This document shows, piece after piece, positions 9,841 through 18,051 of a stretch of 64,000 bases of DNA; within the stretch, counting starts at the first letter, position 1; each line of letters starts with the position of its first letter. This DNA comes from Deltaproteobacteria bacterium (GTDB taxonomy: Bacteria > Desulfobacterota > DSM-4660 > Desulfatiglandales > Desulfatiglandaceae): assembly GCA_019307815.1 (NCBI GenBank), contig JAFDIV010000003.1:6353-70352 (forward strand). Direction: 5' to 3'. Made by a program: the position numbers and the translations under genes. The notes below the pieces were generated by a model. The model searched no databases, was not told the origin of the DNA, and worked only from the letters and a program-made list of their open reading frames with translations.

Positions 9841-11058
9841 TCACCATTTAAAGGAAAAAGGCTTGTAATTCCGCTCTCCTCTGAGGAAGGCTGCCAGATT
9901 CCTGGCCTGTATCTGGATGATGGAGCGAATCTGATATTTCTTACCCTGGTATGTCTCCCTCGTCTCCAGCCTGTTAATTACCTTCTGACTCAAATTCTTT
10001 CTCGTTTCTGCATCCAGAAGCCCCCCTTCCATTTTGATGCTCTCTCCCAGGTTGACATGGGATATGACCGTCCTGTCAACCACCGGCTGCCTGAACTCCT
10101 CCACCAGATCAAGCACCAGAGAAGGTTTTCCCGGCCTGTCCACGTGCAGGAAACCTGCGAAAGGTTCAAGCCCGGCGCATACAACAGCCCCCCAGACATG
10201 GCTGTACAAGATGCCATACCCGTAGTTGAGCATGGCGTTCACCTTGTCTGTGGCACCCCTGTGCACACGTCCCATGAACTCCACCTTGTCTGCGATAATC
10301 TCCTGGACCCCTTCCCAGTACACCCTGCTTGAGCTGCCTTCCAACCCCAAGAGTTCCTTCCGGATGTTTTCCACGCTAGAACCCTTGAGCGCTTTGACTC
10401 GCTTCACCCCTTGTCCCAGCAACTTTGCCTTTTCTTCTATGATCTTGTGCCGCTCAGGTGTGGATTTTTTCAGGTACTTTCCAAAGTAAAGAAGCAGCTT
10501 CCTTTGGTTGTTCAGCTTCCCAAGTACAATCAGTCTCGAAAACTCGGCTCCCCTTTCGTCATCAAGAGCCAGAAATTGTTCCCTCCTCGCCTGGATGGTG
10601 GCTGAAAGCATTGGCGAAGTGAGCTTTGCAAAGGGTCTACCATTGCCGTGGAGAAAATTGATATGGATCCCACGAGCGCAAAGCTCCATTATGAGGTCGG
10701 AAGACAGGGTAATCCCTCTCGATGCGACGGTCACCTCGCTCAGCCGGAAAAAGGGAAACTCATAGATCAGATCCTTTCCCTTCTTCACGATGAGGCGGTC
10801 GCTCTTCTTGCTCAGAAACAGGCCAAAACCTGAAAGGATGATTTGCGCGGCATCTCCAGATCGGACGAGGCTGATCTCGTCACTGACAACCAGGTCTTCT
10901 TCCAGATCCCTGTCCACAATTATGGGAAGAGGCTTTGGCTCGCCAGTGAAAAGGTCGTATTGTGCCGGGATGGTTTTCTCTACCTCTTGTGCTCTTCCCC
11001 CCAGTTGAACTACCTTGCCTGCAGGACCTGCCTCCTGTACTTTATCTCCCATGGCCAA
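9841..11058 (-). CDS. cas1: CRISPR-associated endonuclease Cas1, with a ~70-aa N-terminal extension
   Basis: 405 aa. The C-terminal catalytic region LNYGYGILYSHVWGAVVCAGLEPFAGFLHVDRPGKPSLVLDLVEEFR is a textbook Cas1 signature. Confidence 0.92.
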   Translation of the reverse strand: MAMGDKVQEAGPAGKVVQLGGRAQEVEKTIPAQYDLFTGEPKPLPIIVDRDLEEDLVVSDEISLVRSGDAAQIILSGFGLFLSKKSDRLIVKKGKDLIYEFPFFRLSEVTVASRGITLSSDLIMELCARGIHINFLHGNGRPFAKLTSPMLSATIQARREQFLALDDERGAEFSRLIVLGKLNNQRKLLLYFGKYLKKSTPERHKIIEEKAKLLGQGVKRVKALKGSSVENIRKELLGLEGSSSRVYWEGVQEIIADKVEFMGRVHRGATDKVNAMLNYGYGILYSHVWGAVVCAGLEPFAGFLHVDRPGKPSLVLDLVEEFRQPVVDRTVISHVNLGESIKMEGGLLDAETRKNLSQKVINRLETRETYQGKKYQIRSIIQIQARNLAAFLRGERNYKPFSFKW

Positions 11059-11144
11059 TCCCCCAAGGATCTATCTCTTATTTTTGATTGATATTAAATA
11101 AAACGGCATAAAGGATAGCAGGCTTTAATAAACTTTGGACTATT

Positions 11145-12098
11145 TTAGCTATCGCAACCACATTCATACCATCCTTGACCAAAAGCTGCCGCTTTGCCCA
11201 CATGGACATACTGTCCCAGCCATAGGAAGGGCCAGAATTCTTGGAGATCTCCCTCGTATACCACCTCGCCCACCCAGCCTTTCAGTTTTTGCGTGATCCC
11301 TCGGTGCTTGGAATAACGGCTCTCTTCGACCCATTCCATGTCTTGATGGACTGTGCGCACCTCCTCGGCCCTCTTGCCAAAAACGCGGAAATCCATCTCC
11401 AGGGGCGTTCCGCAATAAAAATACGAAAGGGCATTGATCCTGTCCCTCAGTCGCTTCATGAGGGCACCGAATGTGGGTTGCGCCCATTTTCCCCTTTCCT
11501 TGAGAAGCACAGGGGTCAGGAAACGCACCCGGACCCGATCCTGTTTCAGCTCAGGAGCCTGTTCCAGCCGGACCTCCTCCTGCGGTGTGTGGACAAGATT
11601 ACTGCCGGCCCTCATGACCTCCTGGGCGGTCCCCGAACCGGGCAGGCACTCCACCAGGCCGATGTTAAACCTCCCCCTTCCAACTCCTATCCCCCTTCCG
11701 CCCAACTCGTTGAAGGACACGATCACGTAGGGAAACAGGTCCCGGCATTTCCCAACCAGGACCATCTCGAAGCGCAAGGGTTCCCCGGGCTCGTAGACCT
11801 CCTTGCCGTCCAGGGGAGGCTTGATCACAAAGGGCCTCGGGATGTCACGGTTGAGCCGCAGGCGTTCGGCCGCTTCGGGCACCTTCGGGGCGAAGACCAC
11901 TCCGTAGGGGCAGGTCGAGTGAATTTGGCATGCATCACAAGAGGCCTCTTTTGCCGCGCACACAAGGTTCTTGAGAGAGACCCCAAACGCCCCGCGCAAG
12001 GTGATCCCTTTGTTCATCCGGGGAAGCCGGATGGGCTCCTCAGGTTCCAGGGTGAGCCTCAGGTGCCAGAGGGGACAGATGGATTTGTTCCTAAGCAT
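11145..12098 (-). CDS. cas6: Cas6-family pre-crRNA endoribonuclease (RAMP; Cys-rich N-terminal variant)
   Basis: 317 aa. It carries a 4-Cys stretch VCAAKEASCDACQIHSTCPYGVVF, then FLTPVLLK, and a C-terminal glycine-rich loop HVGKAAAFGQGWY typical of Cas6. It lies directly upstream of cas1. Confidence 0.75.
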   Translation of the reverse strand: MLRNKSICPLWHLRLTLEPEEPIRLPRMNKGITLRGAFGVSLKNLVCAAKEASCDACQIHSTCPYGVVFAPKVPEAAERLRLNRDIPRPFVIKPPLDGKEVYEPGEPLRFEMVLVGKCRDLFPYVIVSFNELGGRGIGVGRGRFNIGLVECLPGSGTAQEVMRAGSNLVHTPQEEVRLEQAPELKQDRVRVRFLTPVLLKERGKWAQPTFGALMKRLRDRINALSYFYCGTPLEMDFRVFGKRAEEVRTVHQDMEWVEESRYSKHRGITQKLKGWVGEVVYEGDLQEFWPFLWLGQYVHVGKAAAFGQGWYECGCDS

Positions 12099-12304
12099 AA
12101 AGCCTCCTTCCTGTCACAAGGCCAGGGTCGGGGCAAAGAGCTGGACCAGGGACGACCTCGAGATGGCCGACCTGACCATCAAGAATCCATTCCTGCTGTC
12201 ATTCTGACAGTCCAAGGCCTTTCATCTTTTCACGAATGGTATCGAGAATGGATTCCCCCTCCCGACTATACGGCATATCCGCCCCTGTAGACCCCACATC
12301 ATCC

Positions 12305-12334
12305 TTGACAAACCTTCACTCTACGAGTTAGATT
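12305..12334 (+). promoter_or_regulatory. Candidate sigma70-type promoter for vapBC
   Basis: TTGACA at 12305-12310, an 18-nt spacer, then TAGATT at 12329-12334, about 38 nt upstream of the vapB ATG. Confidence 0.35.
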
Positions 12335-12371
12335 ATGATCTAGTAAAACTGATTTGCCGAGGTAAACCGCA

Positions 12372-12653
12372 ATGCCAATCGTAAAAATGTCCTCCAAAGG
12401 CCAGATCGTCATCCCCATAGAGATAAGGAAGAAGCTGGGCATAAGACCGGGCCAGCGAGTGAACCTTACCGTCGTGGACGACAAGGCCTTCATCACGCCC
12501 CTCCCCGAGGATCCGATCAAGGCCCTGAGAGGTATTCTGAAGGGCAAGCCCTCCATGGCCCAAGCCTTGGTAAAGGAGCGAAAGCAGGAGGTCGAACGTG
12601 AAGAGGAAATCACTGCTCGATTCCTTCGCCGTTCTGGCGTGGATCCAAGATGA
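12372..12653 (+). CDS. vapB: AbrB/MazE/SpoVT-family antitoxin (VapB-like)
   Basis: 93 aa. The N-terminal SSKGQIVIPIEIRKKLGIRPGQRV is the swapped-hairpin AbrB-type DNA-binding motif. It is followed by a PIN-domain gene. Confidence 0.8.
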   Translation: MPIVKMSSKGQIVIPIEIRKKLGIRPGQRVNLTVVDDKAFITPLPEDPIKALRGILKGKPSMAQALVKERKQEVEREEEITARFLRRSGVDPR

Positions 12654-13002
12654 GGAGGGGGCCCAAGTAGTCGAAGACCTCCTGTACGGGGCCCAACGCG
12701 GTGAGGGGCAGATCATCATGAACATCATCAACCTCGGCGAGGTCTTCTACCGCTGCGCCCGGCTCCAGGACCTCCAATTCGCCCGCGACATCCTGGAAAG
12801 ATTCCGGCTGTTGCCCATCAGGATAGTTCCCTGCCCCAATGATCTGGTCCTCCAGGCTGCGGAGATCAAGGCCGAATATCCCATTGCCTATGCTGATGCC
12901 TTCGTCGCCGCGACCGCCCTGAGCGAGGACGCTCAAGTGGTGACCGGAGACCCCGAGTTCAAGAAGCTCGAACACCTCATCCAGGTCCATTGGCTCTCCT
13001 GA
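12598..13002 (+). CDS. vapC: PIN-domain ribonuclease toxin (VapC-like)
   Basis: 134 aa from a GTG start. It has the N-terminal SLLDS acidic motif, then YADAFVAATAL and VVTGDPEF, which are typical of PIN/VapC. The 56-nt overlap with vapB depends on this start choice. Confidence 0.75.
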   Translation: MKRKSLLDSFAVLAWIQDEEGAQVVEDLLYGAQRGEGQIIMNIINLGEVFYRCARLQDLQFARDILERFRLLPIRIVPCPNDLVLQAAEIKAEYPIAYADAFVAATALSEDAQVVTGDPEFKKLEHLIQVHWLS

Positions 13003-13127
13003 CGCAGACAAAGCCAGGCAAAACACTCCCCAACGCCCAAAGCACCAGCCTTTGCAATCCCGCCCATGATCCGGCATGACCCACAGGATACCTAGCTGTC
13101 CGCTCAAACCAACTTCCTGAGCGATGT

Positions 13128-13239
13128 GCCAAACGCCCCGCGGAGGGTAACCCCCCTTGTTCATCCGGGGAAGCCGGATGGGTTCTCTCGGGGAGAAGGC
13201 AAAACGCAGGTGTGTGAGATAAAACCCAGGATCGCTCAT
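13128..13239 (-). pseudogene. Decayed 5' relic of a cas6 gene (about the first 37 codons, frameshifted and truncated)
   Basis: The ATG at 13239 lies 10 nt after the cas5 stop. The translation MSDPGFYLTHLRFAFSPREPIRLPRMNKGG aligns with the intact Cas6 N-terminus ...WHLRLTLEPEEPIRLPRMNKGI. The nucleotide core TTGTTCATCCGGGGAAGCCGGATGGG is identical to 12011-12036. An extra G in a G-run shifts the frame while nucleotide similarity continues (CGCGGGGCGTTTGG). Confidence 0.75.
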
Positions 13240-13249
13240 GGATTGCCGT

Positions 13250-13900
13250 TCATCTTCTTGTTTCCATTTCTTCATATAATGTAAATCCTCGACTTGAACG
13301 TACAGGTCTAAGGGGCAATACAACGTGGTGGAAGACCCGGTCCTTGCCTGGCTTGATCTTTTTTGCGTGATAAATGTTTACGTGATCAAACGTAAGGCCA
13401 GGGCCGCAGTCGTCCACCATTTGCAGCGTGCCCAGTGGGAAAGTACTGCCCACGCTTTCGGTCAATACCGTGAACCCCTCCGGGAATTCTCCCACCTCCA
13501 CAGGTGGCCGCACCAATTGGATGAATCCGCCCCGCTTGCCGATATAATTGAGCTGCAAGAGGAGCGGCGTCAGTTCGGCGTGCGTTATGCCGGATAGGGC
13601 CAATGTAAGCGGACCACCGAACTGCACGTATTCCCGAAACCCGATACTGGATTGATAAGGCCACTTGCGCTCTGTCTTTGCCTCGATGATCAGCCGCTCC
13701 TTTTCAGCCTTGAGGTCGCGAATCGCCGGAAAAAGCTCTTGTCCTCGTTCCATCCCCTGGGTGCGGATGGCCGCATCCAGCAGTCCCATTTTGATGGCAA
13801 AAGGCGTGGGCACGAGGAGGGATTTTCCGCCGGAGGAAGTGGCCGTATAAGGTCGAAGACTGAAGAACGCGGTGGGCTGATACTCAGCTATCGTCCACAT
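13250..13900 (-). CDS. cas5: Type I Cas5-family RAMP
   Basis: 216 aa. FFSLRPYTATSSGGKSLLVPTPFAIKMGLLDAAI fits the Cas5 N-terminal pattern. It lies immediately downstream of cas7. Confidence 0.65.
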   Translation of the reverse strand: MWTIAEYQPTAFFSLRPYTATSSGGKSLLVPTPFAIKMGLLDAAIRTQGMERGQELFPAIRDLKAEKERLIIEAKTERKWPYQSSIGFREYVQFGGPLTLALSGITHAELTPLLLQLNYIGKRGGFIQLVRPPVEVGEFPEGFTVLTESVGSTFPLGTLQMVDDCGPGLTFDHVNIYHAKKIKPGKDRVFHHVVLPLRPVRSSRGFTLYEEMETRR

Positions 13901-13919
13901 AGCCTATTCTCCCTTTTGT

Positions 13920-14897
13920 CTACACTGTCATTGCAAATGGGGAACTCGTCTCAATCAGTTCCTGCATCAGCTCTGCGAAATCGCCCAACGTAGCGAAGCG
14001 CTCGACATGGACCGCCCCCGGATGGAGCTTGTTAAGCGCACTGGCAATGCACTGGATCTCCTCCAGGTAGGCGGCGTTGAGTGGGCTGACTGTGGGTGCG
14101 GGGAGGACCTGGGTGGTGTAAGTCACGGCGCCTTCAAACGCTACGATGTGGGGCAACTGCGCTGCCCGCATGGCACCCTTGGGGTGGATAAAGGTATAGA
14201 CCAGACTCTCGAGCAAGGCCTTGTATCGATTCTTCCGTCCTTCCTCATTGATCGCATACTTGCGGCTGATGTCGTTAAACCCGATCCGGTTGATCTCGTG
14301 GTGACTGACTACGGCATAAATACCTGAAGAGGCAGGTCTATGGAAGGGCGTCTGCCCCAGGTTGGCCTTGCGGGCCTCTTCCTCGCTTACTGCCGTCCGC
14401 GCGGCTTCTCCTCGCTCGGTCATATACTTGACGTGGAAATAGGAGTCGGTCTTGGTTGCCTCGGGCAGTCCCACCACCCAGCCAAACTCGACCACACTCT
14501 TTCGGGGGGTGGAGCGGTCGGCGGTGATCAGATTGCCTTCAATGTCATCCAAAGTGCAGCGCTTTAGCATCAGGTCAATGGCCTCGACGTCGCTTTTGCC
14601 TTTGATCAGAGTGGTATACTCTGAGTCGGCGCTGATGCGGTTGGCATCAAAGACCTGGCAGGCGGCACATAGGGGCAGTCCCTGGCCGTTGCGGGCGATG
14701 TGGTACAGGTGCTCGGCCTGGATGTGCTTGAACATGTCCCCACTGATGGCGTTGACATTGTACAATTGCCCGTCTGCTCCAACAATATCCACCATGCGGG
14801 TCTGTATCTGCGTTCCCTCGCTCCCTTCGTTATTCAAGCTGTGCATGTCCAATGTTGCCCGGGCGCAGATTGAGAGAGAATACACTTGATTGGTCAT
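13920..14897 (-). CDS. cas7: Type I Cas7 backbone subunit (DevR/Cst2/Csa2-like)
   Basis: 325 aa. ATLDMHSLNNEGSEG and NAISGDMFKHIQAEH are hallmark strings of the DevR/Cst2/Csa2 Cas7 group. Confidence 0.85.
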   Translation of the reverse strand: MTNQVYSLSICARATLDMHSLNNEGSEGTQIQTRMVDIVGADGQLYNVNAISGDMFKHIQAEHLYHIARNGQGLPLCAACQVFDANRISADSEYTTLIKGKSDVEAIDLMLKRCTLDDIEGNLITADRSTPRKSVVEFGWVVGLPEATKTDSYFHVKYMTERGEAARTAVSEEEARKANLGQTPFHRPASSGIYAVVSHHEINRIGFNDISRKYAINEEGRKNRYKALLESLVYTFIHPKGAMRAAQLPHIVAFEGAVTYTTQVLPAPTVSPLNAAYLEEIQCIASALNKLHPGAVHVERFATLGDFAELMQELIETSSPFAMTV

Positions 14898-14899
14898 GG

Positions 14900-15346
14900 C
14901 TATTCCTCCTCTGTTGCAATTTCGTTTTCCCTGGGTTCGGTTCCGAGTTCTTCGGCCTCGTGGGGCTCGCGGGCATAGCCGAAGGCCACCAGCAGGTTGG
15001 CCACCGTTTGGGACCCATATTCATCAACCAATGAGACCACCTGCTCAATATCTTCGGTCGTAACTTGTGCGCGATGTACCGGCGGGTTGCCCTTGTACCG
15101 CTCGTAGACCTGCATCGTCTCCCGATTGTAATCATAGAGAAAATCGCTCAAGGTTTGGATAAAGCGGGCCGGGTACGCGGCCTGGCGCAGCAGTTCGGCG
15201 CCCAGTCCGTAGCGGATATCGTATGGCTGCGGCGGATCGCCGCCGCGATCTTCTGGAATCCTGGGCTGTCCAGAATTGCCTTGAGTTTCGCGTTGTGTCC
15301 CATGATCAATACCTCCAGGTTGCTGGTTGAAAGACGAGGCGCCCAT
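14900..15346 (-). CDS. C-terminal (possibly Cas11-like) part of the type I large subunit, in the -1 frame relative to cas8
   Basis: Only the part from ...QPYDIRYGLGAELLRQAAYPARF... (roughly 15235 downward) looks protein-like. The first ~45 codons of the listed ORF are low-complexity out-of-frame sequence overlapping cas8. There is no convincing independent start. Confidence 0.5.
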   Translation of the reverse strand: MGASSFNQQPGGIDHGTQRETQGNSGQPRIPEDRGGDPPQPYDIRYGLGAELLRQAAYPARFIQTLSDFLYDYNRETMQVYERYKGNPPVHRAQVTTEDIEQVVSLVDEYGSQTVANLLVAFGYAREPHEAEELGTEPRENEIATEEE

Positions 15347-16656
15347 CTCCCCTTGTCTATTCTTGACATGGTTAATTGGGCGTAACCGCCTGTAAACTGG
15401 AAAAACGGTTTTATGTCGTGGCCTGAGAGGAAATCCCGGTAGAGTTGCAGGAGCCGGTATTCGTCGGCATTGCCCTCCTGCAGGCTGTCCACGATCCGGC
15501 GGTGCTCTTCCAGCGCTCCCCGATATGCACGGCCCTGGGCTTCGTTCGTGACCTTCATCCAGCGGGGCAGGTTAATTCCGGAGAGGTTGAGCAGAGCCAC
15601 GGCGCTGCCCATGTCCTTGTAAAGCGCCATGTCCATACCCGCGACATAATCACCCGGCTCCTCCCCCCAGCGGACATCGGCCAACTGGCCGGCAAGCCAT
15701 TGGTCAAAGAAGGCCTTCGTGTACCGCAGTGCCACAAGGACATCCAGTTTGACCGCGCTATTACTTCCTATGGCCCGGTTGAAAACTGTGTAGACCTTGT
15801 CGTGGGTGTCGAGCGTGATGTTGACCGGGTGCAAGACGTAGGTCTTGCGATCTTGTGGAGAGCGCCCTGGGCCCGGCCTGGCTGCCCTAATGATACGCGG
15901 CACTCCGGTACGCCGCATGCCCCAAAACTTGAGGAATTCCAAGAGCCAGAAGGAATCCGGGTTGCCGAGCTGAGGGCCGTCAGCCTTGGGTCGATTGATA
16001 CCCTTGCCCATGGCAGGGTTGAGAGCCTGGACAGGAGTGACGTTTTTCAACTTGATGCCGTGCGCTTTGCTCAGCTTTTCCCACTGCTTCTCCGCGGTAT
16101 CCACGTCATTCGGTGTAGAGGCGAAAAGGGACAGGAGCAGGCGCACAAGGTCGGGGAAGCAGGTGCGGCATTCGAACCAGGCCGAGAGCACCTTGCAATA
16201 GGCGTCCATCGCCCTCATCTGATTGATCAGTTCCAGGAACGGCAGGTCGGAGCGTGGAGCAAGGGCATGGACTACAGCCAGCTCGGGGTACTCGTCCACT
16301 GTCGCACCTGGGTGCTTGGCCTCCTTGGCAAGCTGCTGGCGGGCCGCAAAAAACTCGCTGCGGCGCTCCCGCTCGGCGTTATAATCCACCACCTCGCCAG
16401 GCCAGCCATCTGGCGGCTGCTTCTTGCCGGCCTGGATGAAGGGGAGATCACAGAACCAGGCGATCGCCTCAAAGCCTTTTTCAATAGAGTCTTCCAGTGT
16501 GATGGCGTAGACACTGCCTGCGTCCTGCACGCGCACGATGGCCTCTCCAAGGTTCTCCTGCAGCAGCCGCTCCAGGAGGGAGGCGACCCCATAGGCAAGC
16601 AGGACATCAGCAAATGTATCAGTTGCCTTGTCTACGTAGTATGTGGATTGGTACAT
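15148..16656 (-). CDS. cas8: Cas8-like large subunit of the type I module (reading frame interrupted near 15230-15250)
   Basis: 502-aa ORF in the large-subunit position upstream of cas7-cas5. I recognised no diagnostic motif, so the call is positional. The last ~25 codons (SHTISATDWAPNCCARPRTRPALSKP) look out of frame. Confidence 0.55.
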   Translation of the reverse strand: MYQSTYYVDKATDTFADVLLAYGVASLLERLLQENLGEAIVRVQDAGSVYAITLEDSIEKGFEAIAWFCDLPFIQAGKKQPPDGWPGEVVDYNAERERRSEFFAARQQLAKEAKHPGATVDEYPELAVVHALAPRSDLPFLELINQMRAMDAYCKVLSAWFECRTCFPDLVRLLLSLFASTPNDVDTAEKQWEKLSKAHGIKLKNVTPVQALNPAMGKGINRPKADGPQLGNPDSFWLLEFLKFWGMRRTGVPRIIRAARPGPGRSPQDRKTYVLHPVNITLDTHDKVYTVFNRAIGSNSAVKLDVLVALRYTKAFFDQWLAGQLADVRWGEEPGDYVAGMDMALYKDMGSAVALLNLSGINLPRWMKVTNEAQGRAYRGALEEHRRIVDSLQEGNADEYRLLQLYRDFLSGHDIKPFFQFTGGYAQLTMSRIDKGRWAPRLSTSNLEVLIMGHNAKLKAILDSPGFQKIAAAIRRSHTISATDWAPNCCARPRTRPALSKP

Positions 16657-16773
16657 GGGTAGGACCTTTCCATTTCTCAGCGGCTAAACCTCTCTCGCCC
16701 GCAGCATCCGCTCGGAGAAAAGCTCTGGTATTTCGCCCCCCTGAGTATGGTGGTAGGAATCCATACCCTGCTA

Positions 16774-17673
<900 letters not shown>

Positions 17674-18051
17674 CTACCCCAGAGCCTTGGCGTGGTAGCG
17701 GGCATAGATGAGGGCCTGCTCCAGCAGCCGCTTGGCAAGGAGGAGTTGATCGAGGTCGCCGGCCAAGTGCTCGCGTACGGCCGCTAGGGGTTCGTCGACA
17801 TTTTCAAAGCCCTTGACGCCAGCCTGCTTTAACAATTTTTTGGCTTGATCGCGCAACTTGTCGGCGCCTGACTTTTCGCGCTGGCCGCGCGAGGCCTGAT
17901 ACAGGAAGAAGGCGTAGACCCCATCCTCCTGCAGTACGCCGAGGGATTTTGTGATGTGGTTTTCGGCATTCTTGCCGATTGCCTCGTGCACTTGCTCGGC
18001 CATTGCCCAACCAAATTTGGCGCACAGTTGATCCAGATTCTGCCCCGTCAT
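17674..18051 (-). CDS. cmr5: Type III small subunit Cas11 (Cmr5-like)
   Basis: 125-aa protein of helical character. Its ATG overlaps the upstream cas7 stop (ATGA at 18048-18051). Its position between the cmr4-like and cas5-group genes matches III-B/III-C order. Confidence 0.6.
   Translation of the reverse strand: MTGQNLDQLCAKFGWAMAEQVHEAIGKNAENHITKSLGVLQEDGVYAFFLYQASRGQREKSGADKLRDQAKKLLKQAGVKGFENVDEPLAAVREHLAGDLDQLLLAKRLLEQALIYARYHAKALG

Noticed and set aside
12610-13323. A 237-aa minus-strand ORF spanning the vapC region up to the cas5 stop.
   Set aside because: It is a chimera. Only its first ~35 codons (the cas6 relic) resemble anything. The remainder is antisense to the well-supported PIN-domain gene.
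15445-16662. A 405-aa plus-strand ORF antisense to cas8. Similar long antisense ORFs occur at 19357-20616 (419 aa), 11241-12290 (349 aa), 23076-23849 (257 aa), 26381-27136 (251 aa) and 18414-19007 (197 aa).
   Set aside because: Each lies entirely opposite a cas gene with recognisable family motifs. Their translations are low-complexity and rich in R, G, P, H and L. There is no RBS or motif support. They are shadow ORFs of the kind expected in GC-rich coding DNA.
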